From assembly GCA_947625715.1 (NCBI GenBank), contig CANQPR010000001.1, positions 1 to 33,781 on the forward strand: DNA of 33,781 bases, given 5' to 3'. The notes under the pieces were generated by a model. The model had not been told where the DNA came from and did no database searches. It was given only the letters and a program-made list of their open reading frames with translations. Source of the DNA: an uncultured Bacilli bacterium (lineage in GTDB: Bacteria; Bacillota_I; Bacilli_A; RF39; UBA660). Shown one piece after another: positions 1 to 6,994 of this stretch (the stretch's first letter is position 1; each line of letters opens with the position of its first letter). The position numbers and the translations under genes are program-made.

Positions 1-1
1 A

Positions 2-751
2 CAAAGTCATATGATGAAGAATACCGAATGGGGAGCAGTAGCATATTTACAACATAGTATATATGGAAGTAGACAAAAAGTAAGAATCAATAATAATCAA
101 AGTTATCTAACAGGCTATGCTTCTATATATGAACCAACAATTGGATATTCTGGAACAAATGAAAGTTGTACTTCAAATAAAGATGCTTGTAATGAATATT
201 GTACATCAGCTAAAGGTGCAAATGGAACATGTAATACAGAGTATTTTGATACATCAAGTGTAAAAGCAAGTACAACAAATAATTACACAGGAATATTTGA
301 TATGGCAGGAGGAGCCTGGGAATACATGATGTCAGGAATGGATGATGGAAAAGGACAGTTATCATCAGGAAATAATAATGCGGCTAATTCAGGGTTTAAT
401 GGAAATTTAACAGGTGAATCAGGAACAATAACAGGTGGTATAGCTTTACCAACCGAACCAAAATGGTATGATAAATATGCTTATGGAACAAGTAATATTG
501 AATATAAAAGAGGTATCTTAGGTGATGCTACAAAAGAAATGGGACCATTTCAAACAATTAGATATATTAGTAACAATAGAAATGTTAGTAGTTGGTATAG
601 TAATGCCGGTTGGGTTGTCTACCATGTAGTTCCGTGGGTCCTTCGTGGTGCCACTCAAGCGGACGGTCTTGAGGCAGGAGTCTTTTCCTTCGCTTACTAT
701 GACGGCTTTGCACACAGTAATGACAGCTTCCGTCTTGTTTTAGCTTTCTAG
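2..751 (+). CDS. C-terminal part (5' end lies outside the window) of a secreted/surface protein with a divergent FGE-sulfatase / C-type-lectin-like fold
   Basis: The frame is open from the window edge to TAG at 749-751. GIFDMAGGAWEY and PWVLRG...SFRLVL resemble the GxYDMxGNVWEW and RVxRGG...GFRxV signatures of FGE-sulfatase/CLec domains. Recognised from motifs only. Confidence 0.6.
   Translation, partial: QSHMMKNTEWGAVAYLQHSIYGSRQKVRINNNQSYLTGYASIYEPTIGYSGTNESCTSNKDACNEYCTSAKGANGTCNTEYFDTSSVKASTTNNYTGIFDMAGGAWEYMMSGMDDGKGQLSSGNNNAANSGFNGNLTGESGTITGGIALPTEPKWYDKYAYGTSNIEYKRGILGDATKEMGPFQTIRYISNNRNVSSWYSNAGWVVYHVVPWVLRGATQADGLEAGVFSFAYYDGFAHSNDSFRLVLAF
600..751 (+). other. Adenine-depleted, GC-rich terminal patch of the CDS; candidate DGR variable region
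   Basis: Hand count for 601-750 gives 24 A (16%) and 75 G+C (50%). The preceding 451-600 has 65 A (43%) and 43 G+C (29%). Codons are mostly NNY/NNG (gtc tac cat ccg gtc ctt cgt ggt gcc act gcg gac ggc). Confidence 0.4.
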
Positions 752-765
752 TTAATCGAAAAGTC

Positions 766-845
766 AAGTGAACAATTTTTTAATATTTAGCAAAATTGTT
801 CAGTTAAGTGAACAAAAATGTTGACATGTGCAAAATTGTTCACTA
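766..845. repeat. Two tandem 40-bp units, each an inverted repeat built on GTGAACAA ... TTGTTCA(C); probable operator array
   Basis: Unit 1 (766-805) is aagtgaacaattttttaatatttagcaaaattgttcagtt. Unit 2 (806-845) is aagtgaacaaaaatgttgacatgtgcaaaattgttcacta. Unit 1 has 11-bp perfect arms TGAACAATTTT/AAAATTGTTCA at 769-779 and 792-802. Unit 2 has 8-bp arms at 808-815 and 836-843. Confidence 0.7.
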
Positions 846-849
846 TAAT
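821..849 (+). promoter_or_regulatory. Consensus sigma-A type promoter for the AAA ATPase gene
   Basis: TTGACA (821-826), a 17-nt spacer, then TATAAT (844-849). The right arm of repeat unit 2 fills the spacer. Confidence 0.6.
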
Positions 850-866
850 TATTTTAGGTGATACAA

Positions 867-2060
867 ATGATTATCAGGGAAAATTACTTGAAACAAATTA
901 GAGAATTTTATGATTCCGATTTAATCAAAATTATAGTGGGCGTTCGTAGATGTGGAAAATCAATTATTTTAGAACAAATTATGAAAGAAATTAAAGAAAA
1001 AACAGATAACATTATATATCTAAATTTTGAAGATGATTTTATTATTACAAATATATCTGATAGTGAAAAACTAATTAATTACGTAGATAATAATAGAAAA
1101 AAAGGAAAATGTTATATATTTTTAGATGAAATACATGAAGTTAAAAATTGGAATAGGGCCGTTAAAACATTAAGATTACATAATAATTCTGTTTTTATAA
1201 CAGGATCTAATTCTAAAATTTTATCAGATGAATATACTGATGCTTTTAGTGGCAGATATGTATCTTTTAGAATAAGACCATTTGTATATAAAGAAATAAT
1301 GGAATATTCTAAGGAATTAAATAAAGAATTTAGTGTAAGTGATTATCTTATTTGGGGAGGTTTTCCTAAAAGATTTGAATTTGAACATGATGCAATGATA
1401 ACTTATTTAAAAGAGATTAATGAATCTATTATTATTAAAGATTTAATATTAAGATTTAAAATAAAAAATGAAGAATTGTTTAAAAGAGTAGTTAATTATG
1501 TTTTAAAATCTAATTCAAGAATATTTTCTTCAAGATCTATTGAGGGATATTTAAAAAATGAACATATAAATGGCTCAATTAATACCATAATAAAATATTT
1601 AGGATATTTGGAAAAAGCTTATGTTATTAATAGAATTAAACCATATTCTTCTAAAATAAAAAGCGAATTAAATTACTATTTTAAGATATATAATGAAGAT
1701 GTTTCCTTTAATTCGTTACGTTGTTTTAATAATAGATATGATTTAACACATAACTTAGAAAATATTATTTATAATGAATTAATTTATATGGGTTATAATT
1801 TAAAAGTAATGAAGGGAAAGGATGATGAAAAAGAAATAGACTTCATAGCTCAAAAAAATGGTAAAGAATATTATATTCAAGTAGCTTACAGCGTGGAAGA
1901 TGACAAAGCATATGCAAGAGAATTTGGTGCCTTTTCATCAATTGATAATTCAAATAAAAAAATATTAATTACTAATGATGAATTAGATTATTCTACTAGT
2001 ACAGTTACTCACATAAAATTAAAAGATTTTTTAAAAATGGAATCATTAGATAATGTATAA
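867..2060 (+). CDS. AAA family ATPase of the AAA_14 + DUF4143 type
   Basis: Walker A GVRRCGKS and Walker B-like IFLDEIH, with the typical ~400 aa architecture. ATG at 867 lies 6 nt after AGGTGA. The ORF track starts at the in-frame GTG at 858, which overlaps the RBS. Confidence 0.8.
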   Translation: MIIRENYLKQIREFYDSDLIKIIVGVRRCGKSIILEQIMKEIKEKTDNIIYLNFEDDFIITNISDSEKLINYVDNNRKKGKCYIFLDEIHEVKNWNRAVKTLRLHNNSVFITGSNSKILSDEYTDAFSGRYVSFRIRPFVYKEIMEYSKELNKEFSVSDYLIWGGFPKRFEFEHDAMITYLKEINESIIIKDLILRFKIKNEELFKRVVNYVLKSNSRIFSSRSIEGYLKNEHINGSINTIIKYLGYLEKAYVINRIKPYSSKIKSELNYYFKIYNEDVSFNSLRCFNNRYDLTHNLENIIYNELIYMGYNLKVMKGKDDEKEIDFIAQKNGKEYYIQVAYSVEDDKAYAREFGAFSSIDNSNKKILITNDELDYSTSTVTHIKLKDFLKMESLDNV

Positions 2061-2121
2061 ATATAAATTAAAAATTAATTTTAGATTTTTCATTTTTATA
2101 GTCGGTATGTTTTGTTGTATT

Positions 2122-2156
2122 AAAAAAAAGAAGAATAGAAATCTTCCTTTTTTTAA
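2122..2156. terminator. Weak bidirectional terminator-like hairpin between convergent genes
   Basis: A8, then GAAGA (2130-2134), a 7-nt loop, TCTTC (2142-2146) and CTTTTTTT. The stem is short and AT-rich. Confidence 0.35.
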
Positions 2157-2157
2157 A

Positions 2158-2934
2158 TTATTTTTTATTTTGATGATACTCAGTTCTTTTTCTTTTTAAA
2201 TATTCTAAAGCTTCATCAGGATTATCCATAAAATATGCAAAATCTTTAGTTTGATTTGAAAATGTTAATTTGATAAGAGATTCATTAATAATTTGTCCAA
2301 CTCTTGATTTAGTTATATTAAAATATTTAGCAATGTCCGTATAAGTAACACCCCTATAAGCTAGCAAAACTATTTCGCTATTTCTTTTTGATAAAACACT
2401 TTCTAATAAAATTTTTACTTGTTCTTGTAATAAATTCATTATTGCGGTTTGAGAAACATCATCAACTGCAATATCAGGATAAATTCCATCATTATGAAAT
2501 TCATCTAAAGATAACATGTCATTTAAATAAATTTCAAATAATTTGATATCTTCTTCTTTATATTTAGTTAAATTTAAAGTATTATTTTCTTTTTCTTTTT
2601 TATAACTTGCCATCATATTTAAAAATTCAACTGGTATTTTTATAGTTCTTGCGGTATTTTTAACAGCATTATTAATCGTGCCATCAATACATTTCCAAGC
2701 ATAAGAAATAAATTTTCCATTTTCTGGATTATAAGATTTAATAGCCTTAATTAAAGCTATTTTTCCATATTGAATTAAATCTTCCAATTCTAAATTATAA
2801 TTAGCATATCTTTTGGCAATTTTTATTACTAAAGGATTATATTTTTCTATTAAACTTTCCATAGCTTTTAAATTACCATTTACATATTCTTGTAATAGTT
2901 CATCAAAATTAGAATCATTAAGTAAATTTTTCAT
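2158..2934 (-). CDS. Sigma-70 family RNA polymerase sigma factor (group 3-like alternative sigma)
   Basis: Region 2 DLIQYGKIALIKAIKSYNPENGKFISYAWKCI, region 3 RTIKIPVEF, and a region 4 HTH YTDIAKYFNITKSRVGQIINESLIKL. ATG at 2934 follows AGAAGG by 5 nt. The ORF track extends to a TTG at 2955. Confidence 0.85.
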   Translation of the reverse strand: MKNLLNDSNFDELLQEYVNGNLKAMESLIEKYNPLVIKIAKRYANYNLELEDLIQYGKIALIKAIKSYNPENGKFISYAWKCIDGTINNAVKNTARTIKIPVEFLNMMASYKKEKENNTLNLTKYKEEDIKLFEIYLNDMLSLDEFHNDGIYPDIAVDDVSQTAIMNLLQEQVKILLESVLSKRNSEIVLLAYRGVTYTDIAKYFNITKSRVGQIINESLIKLTFSNQTKDFAYFMDNPDEALEYLKRKRTEYHQNKK

Positions 2935-2965
2935 GTTAGCCTTCTTTCTTTTCAAACAAAATTTT

Positions 2966-2993
2966 ATTCTAACATAACGAAAATGTATGTCAA
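2966..2993 (-). promoter_or_regulatory. Candidate promoter for the sigma factor gene
   Basis: On the minus strand: TTGACA (2993-2988), a 16-nt spacer, then TGtTAGAAT, an extended -10 whose hexamer is at 2971-2966. Confidence 0.5.
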
Positions 2994-3013
2994 TAAAAAA
3001 GTGGCTAAAACCG

Positions 3014-3044
3014 TTGACGGGGGGGGGGTATTATATAATATAAT
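3014..3044 (+). promoter_or_regulatory. Candidate promoter whose -35/-10 spacer is a G10 homopolymer
   Basis: TTGACG (3014-3019) followed by overlapping TATAAT hexamers at 3034-3039 and 3039-3044. Spacers are 14 or 19 nt at the current tract length, neither optimal. Confidence 0.45.
3019..3028. repeat. G10 homopolymeric tract
   Basis: Ten consecutive G read directly at 3019-3028 in a roughly 30% GC genome. Confidence 0.95.
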
Positions 3045-3073
3045 AAAAGAAGATATGGAGGTCTTCTTTTATA

Positions 3074-4459
3074 ATGAAATTAAGTCAATTTAAAGAGAAA
3101 AAGAATAGTAAAAAAATAATAATTGTTGCTGTAGCTATCATTTTTTTAATAGGTGGAATGATTTTAGAAAAAACATTTGCTAATTTTAAGATGCAAAAAT
3201 CATTCAAAGTGATGGAGGGTAATTTTATCTATGAAGGAAGTGGGGATATAATATTTGCCTTTTATAAAGATAATAATCAAAAAGTTACAAATATTCCTAC
3301 AATAGAAGAAGGATATGTATATGAAAGAAGTGAATGTAGCAATAACGCATCCATAGAATGGGATAGTAAAAAGCAATCACCTATAGTAAATAATTTAAAA
3401 ATAAGTGGAACAAAATGTGATTTATATTTTAAAAAAATAAATTCAAGTAGCACAACTGTATCAAGTGACTATAATGCTTTAGCTGATTTAATTGATACTA
3501 AAAGAGGTCAATTAGCGTATGATTTAACACCTGACCATAACTTAAGATTTGTAGGAAAAAATCCTGATAACTATGTAAAATTTAACAATGAAACTTGGCG
3601 AATTATTGGAGTCATGAATAACATCGAAGATGAAAAAGGGGTAATTGGAAGTCACCTAAAAATAATCAGAGATAGTATAGGGAATTATAGTTGGGATTCA
3701 TCAGAAAGTAGTGTAAATGGAGGTTATGGAGTAAATGAGTGGAGTGAAGCTGACATACAAAAAGTATTAAATGAGAATTATTATAAAAAAGAAGCAGGAG
3801 GGACATGTTACAATGGTTATAAAAATACAGTAGCGTCATGTCCAAAATGGGAAAATATTGGTTTAAATGATGAAGCAAGAGGAATGGTAAGTAAAATAAA
3901 ATGGAATACTGGTGCATTTTATAGTGAAGATATATATGCGAATTCTTCAACTTATAATTCTGTTTTAGTATATCAAAGTGAGAGAAGTGATTATGTAGGT
4001 CAAAGTGAATGTACTTCTCCAACTGATTGTAATGATAAAGTAAAAAGGAATACGACTTGGACAGGTTATGTAGGATTACCTTATGTAAGTGATATAACAT
4101 TAGCAACTTCTGGTTCTCTTTATACGTCACCTAATGCTGTTTCTGCATGTTTCGGTTTGCCGTTTAGAGATTGGGCTCGTTCGCTTAGCCTTTCTTGGGG
4201 CACATTAAGTTGTTATAGTAATGATTGGTTGTTAAATAGCAGTGATACAAGCAATTGGACGATAACACCTAGTAAAGATTATGACTATGAAGGACATCCA
4301 TATTCTTTAGGTGTTATATTTTATTATGCCGAAAGTGATATTATAATACTTTCAGATGTAACATATAGTAGTGGAATTAGGCCTGCTGTGTATTTAAATT
4401 CTAATGTTAAAGTATCTGGTGAGGGAACAAAGTCTAGTCCATATATATTATCAGTTTAA
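3074..4459 (+). CDS. Secreted or membrane-anchored surface protein of unknown family
   Basis: N-terminal hydrophobic anchor KIIIVAVAIIFLIGGMILE, a Cys/Trp-rich ectodomain, and a C-terminal GIRPAVYLNSNVKVSGEGTKSSPYILS motif of the kind seen in Firmicutes surface proteins. The GGAGG lies in a hairpin loop upstream. Confidence 0.8.
   Translation: MKLSQFKEKKNSKKIIIVAVAIIFLIGGMILEKTFANFKMQKSFKVMEGNFIYEGSGDIIFAFYKDNNQKVTNIPTIEEGYVYERSECSNNASIEWDSKKQSPIVNNLKISGTKCDLYFKKINSSSTTVSSDYNALADLIDTKRGQLAYDLTPDHNLRFVGKNPDNYVKFNNETWRIIGVMNNIEDEKGVIGSHLKIIRDSIGNYSWDSSESSVNGGYGVNEWSEADIQKVLNENYYKKEAGGTCYNGYKNTVASCPKWENIGLNDEARGMVSKIKWNTGAFYSEDIYANSSTYNSVLVYQSERSDYVGQSECTSPTDCNDKVKRNTTWTGYVGLPYVSDITLATSGSLYTSPNAVSACFGLPFRDWARSLSLSWGTLSCYSNDWLLNSSDTSNWTITPSKDYDYEGHPYSLGVIFYYAESDIIILSDVTYSSGIRPAVYLNSNVKVSGEGTKSSPYILSV
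4128..4205 (+). other. Second adenine-depleted, GC-rich patch inside a surface protein gene
   Basis: Hand count for 4131-4200 gives 7 A (10%) and 34 G+C (49%). Codons rare for this genome occur here (ccg, tcg, cgt, ggc). Encodes SPNAVSACFGLPFRDWARSLSLSWGT. Confidence 0.3.
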
Positions 4460-5076
4460 TAATGATAGTGCTTTTTTTGCTTTAATTTATTAATAAAAAC
4501 TACAGAATTTCTTTGACCTTTAGATTTTTTTTAAGAAAAATTATCAATTATAAAAGTATTTTTCTATGAATTTAAAAAATGATTACAAAAAGTAAATTTT
4601 TCAAAAACGATGCTTTTCATTTCATAAGAATATTTCCAGTTATAGTGCTTTATGTTGTTGTAATGCAAAATCTGTGTGTCCTTTTTTATCACTTACCTAT
4701 ATTCCTTGTCCTGGTTTACTTATTTTAAGGAAAAATGGGAAAGTCACTGCAAGCAAATCCTACGGTATTTTTGCGGATTTTAACAATATTACTTTTCTTA
4801 GTAAATCGTTATATCAAGCCTCTTAAAATTAAACCTTTTCCTATTTTTTTTTTAATGTAACAGCAGGTATTGCCATTTTTATATTATATCTATCATCTTG
4901 CTTGTTTTTTAAATATAAGAAATAAAAACAAAAGAAAAAAAGTGAACACACCAAAAATAGGGGAAATTGTTCTCTTTTTTTGTTTACATTGTTAAAAATT
5001 AAAATTTTTGACCCTTATAAAATATGGGTTTTAATAAACTTATCACTTAAAGTGCAAAATACATGTTAAAAAAAGG

Positions 5077-5105
5077 TTGCATTTCATACAATTTTATTGT
5101 AGAAT
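5077..5105 (+). promoter_or_regulatory. Candidate promoter of the S10 operon
   Basis: TTGCAT (5077-5082), a 17-nt spacer, then TAGAAT (5100-5105). This leaves a ~130-nt leader before rpsJ. Confidence 0.55.
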
Positions 5106-5237
5106 TGTCTCTGTATGACGGCAAGGATGTGCGAAGTTGCTGATACACTTGGCGATATTGTTAAACAAAAGCTGAGATTCAGGTAATTTGTACGGAGCAA
5201 GTATATACAAGATATATGCGAAAGGAGGGCACTTTAA

Positions 5238-5552
5238 ATGTCAAAAGAAAAATTGCGGATCAACTTAAAAGCATTTGATGCCAAAATATTAGATTTAGCA
5301 GCAAGTAAAATTGTTGAAACCGTTAAAAGATTAGGAGGCACTGTTAAAGGACCTGTTCCTCTTCCTACTGAAATTGAAAGAGTTACAGTTTTAAGAGCAG
5401 TTCATAAATATAAAGACTCTCGTGAACAATTTGAAACAAGAACCCACAAGAGATTAATCGATATATTAAATCCTAGTAAAGAATTAATTGAATCTTTAAC
5501 CCGTTTGGATCTTCCAAGTGGTGTTGATATTAAAATTAAAACAGAAAAATAA
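5238..5552 (+). CDS. rpsJ: 30S ribosomal protein S10
   Basis: RINLKAFD...GPVPLPTE...HKRLIDI signature, AGGAGG RBS, and first gene in the canonical operon order. Confidence 0.97.
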   Translation: MSKEKLRINLKAFDAKILDLAASKIVETVKRLGGTVKGPVPLPTEIERVTVLRAVHKYKDSREQFETRTHKRLIDILNPSKELIESLTRLDLPSGVDIKIKTEK

Positions 5553-5569
5553 AAAGAAAGGACAATGTT

Positions 5570-6346
5570 ATGAAAAAAGGAATCTTAGGACGCAAAGTTG
5601 GAATGACACAAGTATTTACTAAAGATGGTAAATTAATTCCTGTAACTGTTGTATCAGTTTTACCTAATACCGTAATGCAAGTTAAAACAGTTGAAAAAGA
5701 TGGTTATAGTGCTATTCAACTTGGCGTAGTAGACAAAAAAGAAAAAAATGCTAGTCGTGCAAGTGTTGGACACGCCAAAAAAGCTAACACCACTCCTAAG
5801 CGCTTCTTAAAAGAAATAAGAAATGTTACTGAAACTTATTCAGTTGGAGATACGCTTAAGGCTGATATATTTAAAGTAGGAGAAATAGTTGATGTAACAG
5901 GAACTAGCAAAGGAAAAGGATTTGCTGGTACTATTAAAAGACATGGTCAAAGTCGTGGACCTATGGCTCATGGATCTCATTATCATCGTGGCCCAGGTTC
6001 ATTAGGAACTATGTTACCAAAAAGAGTATTAAAAGGGAAAAACTTACCTGGACATATGGGAGTTGAAACTGTAACTATTCAAAATCTTGAAATTATTGAA
6101 GTAAATACAGCTGATAACTACCTATTAGTAAGCGGTAATATTCCAGGTGCTAAAGATAGCTTAGTATTAATTAAAAGTGCAATAAAAAATCAAAGAAAAG
6201 AAAACCCTAAAGAAATATTAAGTTATGAACAAGAAACTGTTATTGATGAACAAGTAGATATAACAGGAGAACAACAAGATAAAAAAGAAGAACAAATAAA
6301 AGAAGAAGAACCTACACCAGCATCTAATGATGCCGAACAACAATAG
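5570..6346 (+). CDS. rplC: 50S ribosomal protein L3 with an acidic C-terminal extension of about 50 aa
   Basis: [13 protein letters not shown] and [12 protein letters not shown] motifs, plus synteny. Confidence 0.96.
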   Translation: MKKGILGRKVGMTQVFTKDGKLIPVTVVSVLPNTVMQVKTVEKDGYSAIQLGVVDKKEKNASRASVGHAKKANTTPKRFLKEIRNVTETYSVGDTLKADIFKVGEIVDVTGTSKGKGFAGTIKRHGQSRGPMAHGSHYHRGPGSLGTMLPKRVLKGKNLPGHMGVETVTIQNLEIIEVNTADNYLLVSGNIPGAKDSLVLIKSAIKNQRKENPKEILSYEQETVIDEQVDITGEQQDKKEEQIKEEEPTPASNDAEQQ

Positions 6347-6364
6347 GATCATAAGGAGGAAAAA

Positions 6365-6994
6365 ATGACAAAAATTGATGTAAAAAATTTAAAATCTGAA
6401 AAAGTAAAAGACATCTCTTTAAATGATTCTATTTGGAAAATAGAGGTTAATGAAGATGCCATAAAAAAAATGATTCGCCTTCAACTATCAGCAACTCGTC
6501 AAGGAACAGCTAAGACTAAAACAAGAAGTGAAGTTTCTGGTGGGGGAAGAAAACCTTGGAAACAAAAAGGCACAGGACGTGCAAGACAAGGAAGTATAAG
6601 AGCTACACAATGGCGTGGAGGCGGAATAGCAGGTGGTGTAACACCTCGCGATTATACTTTTAAAATTAATCGTAAACAAAGAGTTTTAGCCCTTAAAAGT
6701 GCTCTAAGTGATAAAGTTAAAAACAAACAAATTGTAATATTTGATTCACTTGCCTTAAAAGATTTAAAAACTAAAACAATAAAAGAAATATTAAATACTA
6801 ACAAATTAACTGGTAAAGTATTATTTGTTACTAAAGATGATTGTGAAAATTTATTTATGGCTTGCCGTAATTTAGGCTATGCTTATCACATATTAGCTTC
6901 ACAAATAAATGTCTATGACATTATCAATGCTGATACTGTTGTATTTGATGAAGAAGCAATCAAAGCAATTGAGGAGGTGCTTTTAAATGCGTAA
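6365..6994 (+). CDS. rplD: 50S ribosomal protein L4
   Basis: GGGRKPWKQKGTGRARQGSIR motif, plus synteny. Confidence 0.96.
   Translation: MTKIDVKNLKSEKVKDISLNDSIWKIEVNEDAIKKMIRLQLSATRQGTAKTKTRSEVSGGGRKPWKQKGTGRARQGSIRATQWRGGGIAGGVTPRDYTFKINRKQRVLALKSALSDKVKNKQIVIFDSLALKDLKTKTIKEILNTNKLTGKVLFVTKDDCENLFMACRNLGYAYHILASQINVYDIINADTVVFDEEAIKAIEEVLLNA

Noticed and set aside
518-767. Minus-strand ORFs 518-715 and 585-767 opposite the GC-rich patch
   Set aside because: The GC-rich, A-poor composition removes stop codons on the opposite strand. There is no RBS and they overlap the clear plus-strand CDS.
766-845. The GTGAACA/TGTTCAC half-sites as canonical LexA (Cheo) boxes
   Set aside because: Firmicutes LexA boxes are GAAC-N4-GTTC. 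Here the arms are separated by 12-20 nt, and no N4-spaced box is present.
3666-4130. A 154-aa minus-strand ORF inside the secreted protein gene; similar ORFs at 20341-20523(-), 29954-30139(+) and 31056-31346(-)
   Set aside because: They are antisense to longer, better supported genes, and their translations are leucine/histidine-rich low-complexity sequences typical of AT-rich antisense frames.
4579-4728. A 49-aa hydrophobic ORF (MITKSKFFKNDAFHFIRIFPVIVLYVVVMQNLCVLFYHLPIFLVLVYLF) and a 41-aa ORF near 4734 in the long intergenic region
   Set aside because: Neither has a Shine-Dalgarno sequence. T-rich DNA readily yields hydrophobic pseudo-ORFs, so there is no support beyond the open frame.
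5106-5237. A tRNA, other small RNA gene or TPP-like element in the GC-richer stretch before rpsJ, which contains gctgagattcagg
   Set aside because: No cloverleaf, no T-loop GTTCRANYC motif and no acceptor pairing could be drawn. The CTGAGA-like string lacks the rest of the TPP aptamer and the context is ribosomal. It is kept only as a possible mRNA leader.
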